Assembly (NCBI GenBank): GCA_050273025.1
Contig: CP158635.1
Location: 32,426,001 to 32,490,000, forward strand
DNA: 64,000 nucleotides
From: Cenococcum geophilum
Taxonomy: Eukaryota
Direction: 5' to 3'
Shown here piece after piece: positions 51,535 through 64,000 of the stretch; position 1 is the stretch's first letter, and each line of letters starts with the position of its first letter. A model generated the notes under the pieces. The model saw only the letters and a program-made list of their open reading frames with translations. It made no database searches and had not been told where the DNA came from. The position numbers and the translations under genes are program-made.

Positions 51535-52002
51535 TGTCAGGTAAAACTAGAGTGGATACTTAGTAGAGAGACTAAATTATAGAATAACGAAAAACTATTA
51601 GGAGCAATATTACGAAAGGACAAGGATAGGAGAATTAGATATAATTATCTAAAGATTGTAGCAATGTAAAAGAACTAGATCTACGAAATACTAGAGACTA
51701 CCGTTATAGTATAGCTTTTTATTTATAAACGGATAGGTAAGCGGAACGCTAAAACTAGGAACTATGGTCTTACCTATAAATATATTTAAACTACTGATAA
51801 GATAATTAGTGTAAGCTACTTCCGTACGCGGAATACGCTTATAATTTAATGCAATATTTATTACATTAGTATACTCTAATCTATATTACCTATAGTGTTT
51901 AACTATTTAGGTTTAATAGTATACCTAAAAATTACTAGCTAAGACCGTATAATTAATTATAGGACGCTATTAGGAAGTTTAAGGATATCTGCTAGAGAGT
52001 AT
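51535..52002. mobile_element. Unassigned RIP-degenerate repeat, possibly starting with an LTR (tgtcaggtaaaac at 51535)
   Basis: Abrupt switch to TpA-rich sequence. The start resembles the family D LTR start (tattaggtaaaac, 17289). Confidence 0.4.
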
Positions 52003-54965
52003 TGTTAGCGACTTAGTCAATCGAGGCACGAGCACGGCAAAAGGGTCGCGTAAGCCTGTACAATTGGATTGTCTATAAACGAGGATCTAAAGCTAAAGAA
52101 AGAAAAGGAGACGGAGGGTGGCGCCACTTAACGTTATATATAATCCTCTAGTTACGTAACGGCAATTGTCTAAAACTATCTAAAACTATCTACAATTGTC
52201 CGCCACAATTCACTAATATCTACTAGTTTCCACTAGCGCCGTAACATTACCCCCCCCTCTAAAAAGCCTACCCTTAGGCTTTGTATATCCGTAGGGTATT
52301 CTTATCTTTATACTTAATAGGTAGCTTATTATCTTCGCTATTTTAGCACTCTATTTACTTATTAAGGTACTTTAGGGGCTTAAGTTTATTAGGGTAACGG
52401 CTATAAAACTTTTAAAGCTTATAGGGACTACCTATAAAGTTCTATATAGGGTACTAAGTAGGGTTTAGGTTATACCCTTTCTAACTAATATAATATTTTA
52501 ACATTCCCCTTATAAGCTTATAGGCTAGTATTTTCTTAATTTCCTATTTATTGTCGCTATTAACTTAAATTGGTAGGGGAGGTTTATTCTTTTATTTAGG
52601 TAATAGGTCGTTTACGGCTTTTTATAGTTTATTTAGAGAGAAAATAGGGTAAACCTTAATTAAATCTAGGAGCTTTATTTTATATAAGTTGACTATTTTC
52701 TTAAAAACCTTATATAGTCCTGCTATTTAATAGCTTAGCTTATAGCTAGGTCGTTCCGTTTTTTAGTTTTTTATTATAACCTAGACTATATCTCCTACAG
52801 TAAAGTTAGGCTCTTGCCTATACTTATTCGCCTACTATTATATTAATTTTTAGGCCTTTTTTAAATTTGTATAAGCTACCGTCTAAGCTTCTTTTAAGCG
52901 CTTAGCGTACTGCCGTACTTCCTTATAAGATAGTTATTCGTATATAGTTTAGGGTTCTTCTAGTCTTCCTAGTTAAAGCTTATATAGGGTAAGTAGCCTA
53001 TTTTTAGTTAAATAGAGACAAATCCTATAGAGTTATAGGGTAGGGTCGCTTGGGCGTAGTCTTTTAGGGATAGTAGTTTAGCCTAGTTATCTTAAAAGTA
53101 GTTAATAAAGGGCTAAAGTCTCTAATCTAAGTATTAATTTATAATTTCTGTCTAACTATCTATTTAGGGGTAGTATACTATAACTTACTAAAGTAGTTAA
53201 CTAGAATTATAACCATATTATATCCGTTATAGTCTATAGGTAGCTTATAGAAGTCTATAAAGGTATACTGCTAGGGGCGTTCTAGTATTAAGAGTGGTTT
53301 TAATAGTCCTAGGGTTTTATCTTATAGGATTATAGATCTATAACAGCTGTCGTAGTTCTATATATAACGGTTAATATCTATAACTATTCTAGGCTAGTAG
53401 TAGCGGTCACTAATAATCTTACGGGCTTTATTTTTTTTTAGGGTAGGCCATAGAGACCTAGGTATAAGCTTTGGTAATAAGCCGGGTCTATAAGTTCTAT
53501 TTCTTAGCTACTACTAACCGTTCCTAGTACTTAAGTAGTCCGTTTAAGAGACTATAGGCTAGTAACGTTCTTTACCCTTTTATAGTACTCCTATAGAAAG
53601 GGGGTTATTTAGTTAGCCTATAGTAGTTTATTAATAAAGTTAAGTTTAAAGGAGTTAATAGAATATATCTTAGCACTTAAGGAGTCTATGCTTAGTTCTG
53701 CCCGTATCTAGGGGTTAAGGTATTTTAGTTATAGTAGCGTTTAGATCTATAATAAGGTCTTTATAGCCGTCTGGTTATTTAGGTTTTATTCGCGCCTTAT
53801 AAGAGCGTCTACACGGTTTATAGCGCCTAGTCTATATATAATTAAGAAGTTAAATTAAGATAGGATATCCGCTTAGCGTACCTGCTAAGCTGTAAGGGCC
53901 TTAGTTATTATAAAGTATTCTAGGGCCTTATAATCTAAAACTACCTTAACAGGCTTTAGGGTCCCCTTTAGCTATATACGCTAGTGCTAAAAGCTAAAGA
54001 TAATAGCTAGCATTTCTTTATTATAGATATAGTAGTTTAGCTTAGCCTTTATTATAGTCTTTAAATAGTATATAATAGGGTGCTATTTTTTATCCAGTTG
54101 CTTTTAGGAAAAAATACTAGCTATTGCACTATTTAAGGCATTAGTTTCTAGTATTAAGGGCTATTTTAGGTTAAAATAGGCAAGTAGGGGAGCTAATACT
54201 ACCTGTTTTTTAAGCTTATTAAAGGCCTGCCTATATATATCGTTAAAGTAAAAGGGCTGGTCTTTTCTAGTAAGACGGTTAAGAGGCTAGGCGATCCTAC
54301 TATAGTTCTTAATAAAGTATTAGTAGAAGTTGCAAAACCTAAAAATAATTACACCCCCTTTACGGTCCGTGGGGTGCCTATTAGTTAATTATAGCCGTTT
54401 TTTCTAGGTTAGCTTTAATTCCGTCTATACTAATAATAAACCCTAGATACTTTATACGCTTAATACTAAACTCTAACTTCTTAATATTAACTTAGAGGCT
54501 AGCCTTATAGAGCCGTTATAGAACTTTATAAATATACTCCTTATATTCTAGCTTATTCTAGGAGTAGATTATAATATTATCTAAATAAGCCGTATAGAAG
54601 TTGTTAAGGTAGTGAAAGAGTATATTATTTATATACCACTAGTATATAGCTAGTCCGTTAGTTAGTCTAAAAGGGAGTATCTTATATTTATATATTCCGT
54701 AATAGGTCTAAAATATAATAAAATTCTTAAACCTAGGGTTTATTCTAATTTAGTAGAAGGCCTAGCGGATATTAAGCTTTATAAAGACCTTAGCTCTACT
54801 TATTTAGGCTAAAGTTTTATTAAATAGGGGTAGCGAATAGTAGTCCTTACAAGTTACATTATTTAGCTTATAGTAGTTAATATAAAAGCGGAGTCCTCTA
54901 TTTAGCTTTTTAATAAAGAGAATAGGTAAGGGCTTAGCTAGGCTTAATAAAGCCCTTATTTAGGC

Positions 54966-54967
<2 letters not shown>
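52003..54967 (-). mobile_element. Ty3/Gypsy family A copy 1, 3' half (RT, RNase H, integrase, chromodomain, 3' LTR 52003-52246)
   Basis: Colinear with 28398-31413 in reverse complement. It begins exactly where the 5' half at 2729 stops, with tagcctaaa duplicating tagcctaga. Confidence 0.9.
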
Positions 54968-54996
<29 letters not shown>

Positions 54997-55761
54997 TCAT
55001 TGCTTAACGTCCGATTTAGATCCCTATTAGGCCTACGCGGACTACTCCTTATATATATATATAGGGAGAAAACTCTATTTAAGAAAACCCTATAATCTAT
55101 CTCCCTACCTTTTAGGACTTGCCTATAAAGCACCTGCGAAGCGCCTATAAGTCACCTATAGTGCTCCTACTACCTTACTTTTCAACCTCCTTAGGAATTA
55201 CTGCTGCCGTAATAAGCCTACGGATGCGCTAATATTGTATACTTTACTCTACTACTATAGAGTTATTAGGGGGCGCCCATTACTCGCCCCCCTACCCTTT
55301 ATTACTATTTCCCTTATAACCCAGAACTGGTTTAGTATATTTTAGCTAATAAGCTACTAGGTAACCGCCTTAAGGCCTTTTTATATTAAGAGTAGTATAT
55401 TATAGTTCTTTATACTAGCTACTAAGAATATTACTTCTTAGTTAATGCGTAAGGGGTATAACAGTATTACGTATTTTAGTATCTGTTTTAGCTAGCTATA
55501 TTTATATCTTAGGCTACCTACTAGAACACCCACCTAGTAGAGCCAGTCTTTTAATCCTATTATTCCTATTTTTAAGAGTATTACTATTATATTTTCTGCC
55601 TTTATTAGTCCTTCTTAGAGCCCTAAAGTATTTACCCCCTATAACATTAACTATACTACAGCTTAGGTTTATTTTACCTTAGTTAGCCTCTATACCTTTA
55701 ACTCCTATATACCTTTTTAGCGTTAGTCTAACCAGTATTATATTATAGTAGATAGTTTCCT
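54968..55761 (-). mobile_element. Tad1-like LINE copy 2, 3' part with trinucleotide tail
   Basis: Matches 21437-22207. A (taa)~10 tail on the plus strand at 54968-54996. It resumes the LINE where the 2730-5042 piece stops. Confidence 0.92.
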
Positions 55762-58700
55762 CCAGTTATTATTACTTATTAACTTTTGTACTTATATTAC
55801 CTATATACCTAGCCCAATAACGAGCCTATTGTAGTTCTTGCTACAAGGTTCCGTTATATAATTACTACCTAGTTACGGTATTAAATATAGAAAGTTAAAT
55901 AATATGCCACTAAAAGCACTAGCTATAACGCTATTGACGGCGGCAACTACTTTAAGGTTAAGTAACGATACTAGTATAGCAGATACTAACTTACAGTAAC
56001 CTATAACGGTTAGATAATTATAAGAGATAGTTAACTAGCTAATAGAAAATAATATAATATTAGAAAATAGAATTAATGGGATCGGAGCAGTAAAGATTAA
56101 GTTACTATTAATTAAAAAGTACTTAGGAGAAAGATTAAAGCTTAAGGGGTTTCTTACCTAAATGCATTTTAAAGTTATATAAAAAGGAGGTAAGCTACTA
56201 ATACCTATGGATTAAATAGCATATATAGGACTATTCCTATTAGGAAGGGCACTTAAATAGTTTAAGTTTTACCTTACGGAGATATAAGCGAATGGCATAA
56301 TAACCACTAATTAAGATATTTAATTTATGTTTTTAAGCTAGAAAGTGTTTATAGAGCGACTTATATAAATATTTAAAGACCTAGAATTAATAACTATAGT
56401 AGAAAGAAAACTCTAAGACATTATATAATAAACCTTAGTAATTAAGTATATAACGTAGTTCTAGATATTAGTAATATAAGTAAAGTGGAATAATAAGGCG
56501 CTTATAGCATAGTATAAATAGGGACTTAAAGCTAAAGTCTAGGATATAATTATCCTAATAGAAGATATAGATACCCTAAGGGAACTAATAGATTAAGCGA
56601 TTAAGATTAATAATTAGATCTACTAAAGGGAATAGGCTAAGAGAGGCTAGGATAGAGTTCTATAGTTATATAAGGCGTAGAGTATATAACGACTAAAGCT
56701 AAGTTAGAAACTATAGTATAGCGTAAAGCTAATAGACCTAAGTAGTACTAGAGAAGCCTATAAGAGATAAAGTAAAAAACCGTAGAAACCTAGAGGATAA
56801 AAATTAAGTAATTAAAGGTCTAAGGAGCAGAGGCTAAATTAGGGATTTTAGCAGTAGAAGATATTTAGGCGGACTCTATAATAAGAAAAATGGTTTAAAG
56901 AAGGAGCTTATATAAATTGCGGAAAATAAGGTTATTATATTAAAGACTATAGAAGTAGTTAGAGTTACTATATAGTAAAGGGAATAAGACTAGTAGATAA
57001 TATATATATATAGAGGGATAATAATATGCTATAAGGAACAAAAGAATGTTTAATTAAAAGTTTTATGTTTTATTATAATAACGTATGCTAAATTTATAAG
57101 GACGCTAAGTATAGCGTAAGCTATTAGCTATAAGAGCTATATTTAGCGGAATATAAAGGAACTAATAAACTAGTTTGTAGATTAGATATTAAGGATAATA
57201 ACTTTAATATAGGCGAAATATTTTATAATAATAAGGCAACGGAAGCGGCTTACTAGGAGTATATAAACCTTAAAGATATTATACTAGAGGTAGAGAATAA
57301 TTCCACTATAGAACAGGGAATATTAGTAGGGATTAAAACCCTACTAGATATAATATCTATCGCTTTATAAGACGCAAGAAAAGTAAGGTAGTAAACTACT
57401 TCGGCACTTAATAAAGGCAAAAGGCTAAAGGCTTAAGATTCTTAAGATAAGATATAAGACAACTAAGATTTTTAAGACAAGATAAGGTAAGCTTAAGGAC
57501 CTATAATAGACGATAACTAATAGAGTAGAGTAATAGCTTAGTTTAAAGATATATAAATGAGCTTAGGATAGAGTTTCCTATAGGTATAAGATTCTTAAGA
57601 TAAAATAAGTAAGATTTAAGACTCTTAAGATAAGATAAGAATACCTAAGCCTAGTTAAACTAAGGCTAGAGTAAAGCTTAAGACCGAAGTAAGCTTAGGA
57701 TTAAGAATCTAAAGGGGTTAGAAATTCGGAGTATAAATAAGGATACCTATAAGTAAGAGGTAAGAGGCTTCTTTATAAATTAGAGAATCTATAATATAGA
57801 TAGTAGTTAGACCAGGAGACAGATATATAGACTTAGAGGACTTATTAGAAGAATATAGTGTTCGGCCTAAAGATTAAAAAGTTAATACTAAGATTAAGAA
57901 GTAAGAAGACTTTAAGAATCTATTTATAAAACGCAAACTAAAAGAAACCATAGAAGAGTTTAGATAAATAATTATTATATAGTAAGAATAGAAACTAGAT
58001 AAGAGATCTAGTATATTAGGACGTATAAGGAACAGAGCGCTAGTATAAAGAATTACTAATAGGCCTAGGGTAAGTATATTAAGAGCTAAGTAGCTTACTA
58101 AATTAGAAAATAAAGAGGATCTAGGGATTTTAACTAGGTTTAAAGAATAATATACTAAAAGCTATTATAACGTAGTAATAAGAAGATACTTCCTTACGGA
58201 CGAGCTGTATATACTTAAGGGACTGTACTAAAAGTAGTATAGGCAACGATATAACAATAAGTAGGAAGATTTCTATATATAGTTAGATAAAAAAGGTATT
58301 TAAGACTACCTAATTATAGAGAAGGCTATAAGTTATATTAAAGGAGCCTTAATTATAATATTAAAAGATCTAAAGAAGTAATTAGAGGACTAGAGAAGTA
58401 AGAGGTAAATTATAATACCTACAAATAAAGTTATAACGCTTAAATTAATATAAGATAGGTTTAAACTTAAAGATAAAGATAAGTTAAGAGTTAACCTAAA
58501 ACACCTAGTATATTATACGTTAGCATAAATTATATATATAGATAATATATATAATATATATAGAGCACTAAAAGATAAGAACTAAAAGTACCTAGTAAGG
58601 ATATATTAGTTATTAGATAAGGCGAAATATAGAAATGTTAAGTATATATATAGTTAGTACCTAGTAGAAGTTTAGGAGTTAGGAGACTTAATACTTTAAC

Positions 58701-61700
58701 TAAAAAGATTCCTTATAGAAGAATACTTAGATGGATAATAGTAGTAAGAATGCCTAGAGAATATATATCTATAGTATATTAAAGATAAAAAGTAAACTAG
58801 GCATTAGCTAAAGAGTAAGCTAAGTATAATAGAATTAAGTAGCTAATAATTAGAAAAAGTAGAGGCCTATAGAACTAAAGGGAGCTAGTAGTAGAGCCTT
58901 AGACCCTTAAAGGAATTTAAGGATAATACCTAAATTTATAAGTAAAGTGGTAAAATTAGTAGTTTAAAGTGTTAATAGATAATAGAGCAATACAAAACCA
59001 TATTTTACTAGCAGTAGTTAAGAGAATAGGACTACCTTATAGATAGAAGGAATAATCTTACCTATTAGTTATAATTTTAGGAGATCTAATAGCCTATAGA
59101 GGAGGGATTATTAATCTTAAAATAGGACCTATTTAGATAACTATTAAAGGAAAATAAATTAAGATATCTTTTAATATCCTACTATTAGGACGGAATAAGG
59201 CAATATTAGGAATACCTTAGTTATAGGAATATAATCTAAAGATCGATTGGATTATAGGTTAGGTTAATATTAGAGGTACTTAACGCTATAAGATACGATA
59301 ATAAGCTAAGTTAGTATAGTACTAAGTTAGAGCAATATATAAAGAGACTAAGTAAGGCTTAAGTTATATGCTAAAGAGATACTATAAGTATGGTAAGAAA
59401 CTATAGTTACCGGAAAGTAAAAAGCTATTAGATTATATAGTATAGGACTATAAGATAGAATTAGAACTAGAAATAAGTTTAAGGTTCTTTCTAATCTATA
59501 AGCTTATAAAAAAAAAGGTAGAGCACTTAAAGAATTTATTTAGGAAAACTTATAAAAGGGAGATATTAGACTATTACAGTTATTAGTAGGTTATTTAGTA
59601 CTTTAAATAGCATTACTAGAAAGGATAGGTATCTTTTACCCTTAATTAGCGAAATTTAAAATAGGATAGGTAATATACAAATCTTTATAAAGATAGTTCT
59701 GAGATAGGCATACTATTAGATTAGAATTAAGAAAGACAATAAATAAAAGGCAGCCTTTAGGTTAAAGGAAGGACTATATAAACTATTAGTTATATAATTT
59801 AGGCTTATAAACGCACTAGCAACGTTTTAGAAACGTATTAATAATATATTAGGAGAACACTTAGATAAATTTGTTATAGTATACCTTAATAATATTATTA
59901 TCTACTTAATAACTAAGGAAGAATATAGAGAATACGTTAAATAGGTTTTAAAGAGACTATAAGAAGAATAGATACTAGTAGCAATTAAGAAATACGAGTT
60001 CTTTACTAGGAAGACTGATTTTATTAGATTTATTATTAAACTAGGCCAACTTAGTATAGATCTAAAGAAGATTAAGGCTATAGTAAATTAGTAAGAACTA
60101 GAGAATATTACGCAGTTAAGATTATTCTTAGGGTTTTGTAATTACTGTAGAAGGTTTATAGCGTAATAGTTAAAGGATATTAAGCTATTTACGCAATTAA
60201 TAAAGAAAGAAGAACTATAGGTATAGAGAAAGGAGTAAAAGGAACTCTTTAAGAAAGTTAAAGAGTTATTTACCTAAGAGCTAGTTCTTAAGATCTATTA
60301 ATTAGGACTAGAGATAGTTATAGAGATAAATGTATTAGATTATATACTAGGGGCGTACTTTATATAAAGATATTAAGATAGATAGTACCTAGTAGCATAC
60401 TATAGTTAAAAGATAATACTACTAGAGTTAAACTATAATATTTATAACAAGGAGTTATTAGGTATAGTTATAGTACTAAAGAAATAGAGAGTATTTTTAT
60501 AAGGTATAGAAAAACTATTTATAGTTAAGATAGACTATAAGAACCTAATAGGATTTCTAATAATAAAGGAACTTAACTAAAGATAGGTTAAATAGGTAGA
60601 GATACTTATAGAATACTATTTTAAGATTTAGTATACTAAAGGAACTAATAATATATAAGCAGACGCTTTAAGTTAAAAGGCTAAACTATAAAACGATAAG
60701 AAGCTATTAGGGGCTTTACTATAAAAAGATATAGACGGTTTAATTAGATATAATTATCTAAAAATTATAACAACTTAAGAAGAACTAGGGAGAGTTTATA
60801 AGTTACTAGAGAGCTTTTAGGTATAAAGAATTTTAAAGGCATAGTTAGAAGATCTATAGATGGATATATATAAAAATTAAGAAGTAAAGTATATCCTAAA
60901 AAGTATAGCAGAGTAATTTATAGAAGATTTTTATAAGGAAATAACTTAAGGATATAATAGAGCTATAGGCTTAATATTAAAACTCTAAGAGGAGTATATT
61001 ATTAATGGAATTTAGAGCTTAGCGCGAAAAGTTATAAAAGAATATTTAGATTACTAAAGGAATAAACTAATAAGGTATAAGCTATATAGAGGGCTATAAC
61101 CTATTAAAATACTAGAGAGACTATAGGAGGTTATATTATAGAACTTTATTATTAAATTACTAAAATTAAGAGATCTTATTACCGGATAAAATTATAATAT
61201 AATTTTAATAATAGTAGATAAGCTTATAAAGTGGGGATACTTTATAGCATATATAGAAGAAATCTCAGTAGAAGATATCGCTAAAATCTATATTAAGGAA
61301 ATATTTGTAAAATATAGAGCACTAAGCAAGATTATATCGGATAGAGATTTAAGATTTATAGTAGTATTCTAGAAGGTATTCTTAGTAGAATAAGGAGTTA
61401 GAGCAGTAACTTTTACTATATATTATCCGCAGATAGACGGTTAAATAGAAAGATTAAATTAGATATTAAAACAGTATTTAAGATATTATATTAATTATAT
61501 ATAGAATAATTAGGTATCGCTATTACTAGTTATATAGTTTATATATAATATAACACCATAGGAAGGTATAGATATATTACTATTTAAGGCAAATTATAAA
61601 TATAAGCTAAGGATATCGTTGTTACTATAATAAGTAAAGAAGATAAGTAGTATAGCTAAAGAAAGAATAAAGATACTAATAAATCTTTATATAGACCTTA

Positions 61701-63321
61701 TAGAATTAGTAAAGAAAGTATTAAAAAAAAATAAGTACTATAATGCTAAGAGATCTAAGGGGCTAGATCTTAAGGAGGGAGATAAAGTATAGCTACTATA
61801 TAAAAAATTTAAAGTTAATAACTAAGTAAAAAGTTAGACTACGTTAGACTAGGACCTTTTAAAATTATATAGAGAATTTTATTAGTTATATTTAAGTTAA
61901 ACCTACTAACTAAAATAAAGATCTGCCTTATATAGTATATTATAATACTAAAGCCAGTATATAGGAATATTAAGCTATTAGTTTATAAAGTAGATATATA
62001 TAGAGGATAGGAAGAAAATAAATAGTAAGTTTTAAGGATTATTAGTTATAAGGATATTAATAATAAAATATAGTATAAGGTTAAGTAGATAGGCTATACT
62101 AAGACTACCTAGAAACTACTAGAAAATTTAAAAAACGCTATAGGAAAGGTACAGGAGTATTAGAAGAAATTAGGTTAGGTAGTATTAATAAAAAAGGATT
62201 ACTAAAGAATAAGTTACCTAAGGGGGACCTAAGAAGAGCAGTTGCTAAGCTACTTAGATCTATTTCCTTTTCTATTAAAAGAGAATCTATTTTTTTATTA
62301 CTAAGTTTCTATAAACCCTATTTTATAAGTTTTTATTCCTTAAAACGGACATTTTTATAAACCTTCTCTAGACAAAGTAAATAAGTAGACACTATAATGC
62401 GAGTATCTAAGGCCTTTTATTCCGCGTCCTAAGAACGTTTTAACTTAGTAAGGGCTTAAGATAGTTTACTATCTAGCTATATAGCAGTATATTAAACATA
62501 AAACCCTAAAACAAATTAATTAGGGAACTAGACAACTATTAAGAGTAATAAGTTACGTATATTTAGTATTAAAGGTAGAGCAAACGTTATAGAATAAATA
62601 AATATTTGCTTTAGTGCGCTCTAAATAAGAGGACAATTATTATAAAAATAGGTTTACTAACGCAATATAAACTAACCCCTTTTTTAAATAGCAAGAATAT
62701 GGAGATAGTATAATCTCACTAAGAGATAATATTGCAGTAATAGTATAAGCACGACGTTGGGCGTATAAAGAAGAAATTGCTTTAGGTATAATAAGTAATA
62801 ATATTAACTAAATTAATTAGATAGATATTATACCTCTAGTAAACAACTTAGAGATATTAGGGATCTTTAAAAATAAAGATAAAAAGGAGGGAGATAGTAT
62901 TATAGACGCTTTAAGTATAATATTGTAACTACTTAGAGAAGAGTTAAAAGAAGCTAGTTAGTTAATTTAGGTATAGTCTAGAATAGAGCCGATAAAGCTA
63001 TATAATAAAGAATGGTAACTAAGGTTATATAATATGTTACGTATTAAATAAGAGGAACGGGAGAAACTTATATACCTTATATATAAGACGTATATTATAT
63101 ATAAGAAGGATTTTATAAAAGTACGGTTATATATTTAAGGACCCTTAGTCCCTACCTAGATAGTTCCTTCTTTGTAGTAATTCTTAGAATACAATTAGAG
63201 TTAATCTATTAGGTAACCACTCCACCAGTTATTATTACTTGTTAACTTTTGTACTTATATTACCTATATACCTAGCCTAATAACAAGCCTATTATAGTTT
63301 TTACTATAAGGTTCCGTTACA
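55762..63321 (+). mobile_element. Ty3/Gypsy family B copy 2 (5' LTR truncated to 97 bp; gag ATG 55904; 3' LTR 62898-63321)
   Basis: CCHC knuckle ~56910, protease ~58970, YLDD ~59882, integrase ~60950-61600, chromodomain ~62020-62160, PPT ggagggagatag before the LTR. Confidence 0.93.
62120..62828 (-). pseudogene. Antisense accessory ORF of family B copy 2 (homologue of 8120-9269, no MITE); 3' end approximate
   Basis: Same frame over the Cys-cluster exon and same putative donor/acceptor positions as copy 1. The start codon is RIPped to ATA at 62828. Confidence 0.6.
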
Positions 63322-64000
63322 TTCCTTAATAGCTTTTATACGGTTAGGGTCTATTATAATACCCCTAGGGGTAATAATAAAGCCTAGGAACTTAACGTTC
63401 TTAGTATAAAAGATATATTTTAATAGTTTAGCGTATAGGCCCTAAGCGCGAAGCTGTTATAGTACCTACTTAATATACTTAACGTACTTATCCTTGTTAT
63501 TTAAGTAGATAAGAATATTATCTAGGTAAACTATATAGATAGTATCTACTAGGGTTCCTAAAGCTTTATAAATATAGCTCTAGAATATTATAGGGGCGTT
63601 AGTAAGGCTAAAGGGCATTACTAGGTACTTAAAGTGACCATAGTATATCTTAAATATAGTCTTCTATTTATCTCCCTTTTTAATATAAATTCTATAGTAT
63701 GTATTATAAAGATCTAGCTTTATAAATATCTTTATATAGTTAAGCCTATTAAAGAGTTCGCTAACTAGCGGTAGGGGGTACTAATTTTTAATTATAATCT
63801 TATTTAGGCGTCTATAGTTAATATATAGCCGTATTATACCGTCTACTTTTAGCATAAAGAGAATAGGCGCTTTAGCAGGCGACTTACTAGGTCTAATTTA
63901 GCCCTTTTTAAGAGTACTGTCTAAGTACTCTTATAAGATCTACAACTCTTTTTATAAGAGGTTGTAGAGGGGCATTTACGGTAGTGTTTTACCTTCCTCT
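63322..64000 (-). mobile_element. Ty3/Gypsy family D, RT core (continues beyond the window)
   Basis: De-RIPped MPFGLTNAP..FQSYI, VYLDDILIYS and FLGFII...GI.MDP.RI.AI.E, which joins in frame to EWPEP at 5367. Confidence 0.88.

Noticed and set aside
54968..54996. (taa)n as an independent microsatellite
   Set aside because: It is the 3' tail of LINE copy 2, adjacent to its TSD.

Overview
Filamentous ascomycete (Pezizomycotina-type) DNA. Two AT-rich blocks (about 0.4-35.8 kb and 51.5-64 kb) are nested transposons destroyed by repeat-induced point mutation (RIP). They contain four Ty3/Gypsy chromovirus families (here A-D), two Tad1-like LINEs, a split Tc1/mariner, two copies of a 424-bp MITE and a solo LTR. 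Between them lies a ~15.7-kb gene island: an ankyrin pseudogene cut by a Tc1 insertion, a second Tc1 element, an amino-acid permease divergent from a PTH11-like membrane protein, a cytochrome P450, a Uma2-like nuclease-fold gene beside a NACHT remnant, a probable small secreted Cys-rich gene and a CsgA-like SDR. Main results: (1) target-site duplications and split elements indicate a ~50.7-kb inversion (about 5040-55761) that flipped the whole island; (2) both family-B retrotransposons carry an antisense, apparently spliced ORF next to the 3' LTR that reconstructs to a Zn(II)2Cys6-like cluster, a coiled coil and an acidic tail; (3) the island Tc1 carries a hidden second ORF; (4) the family-D integrase ends in a chromodomain plus AT-hook. 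All translations of RIP-damaged DNA are manual reconstructions, and no database searches were run.
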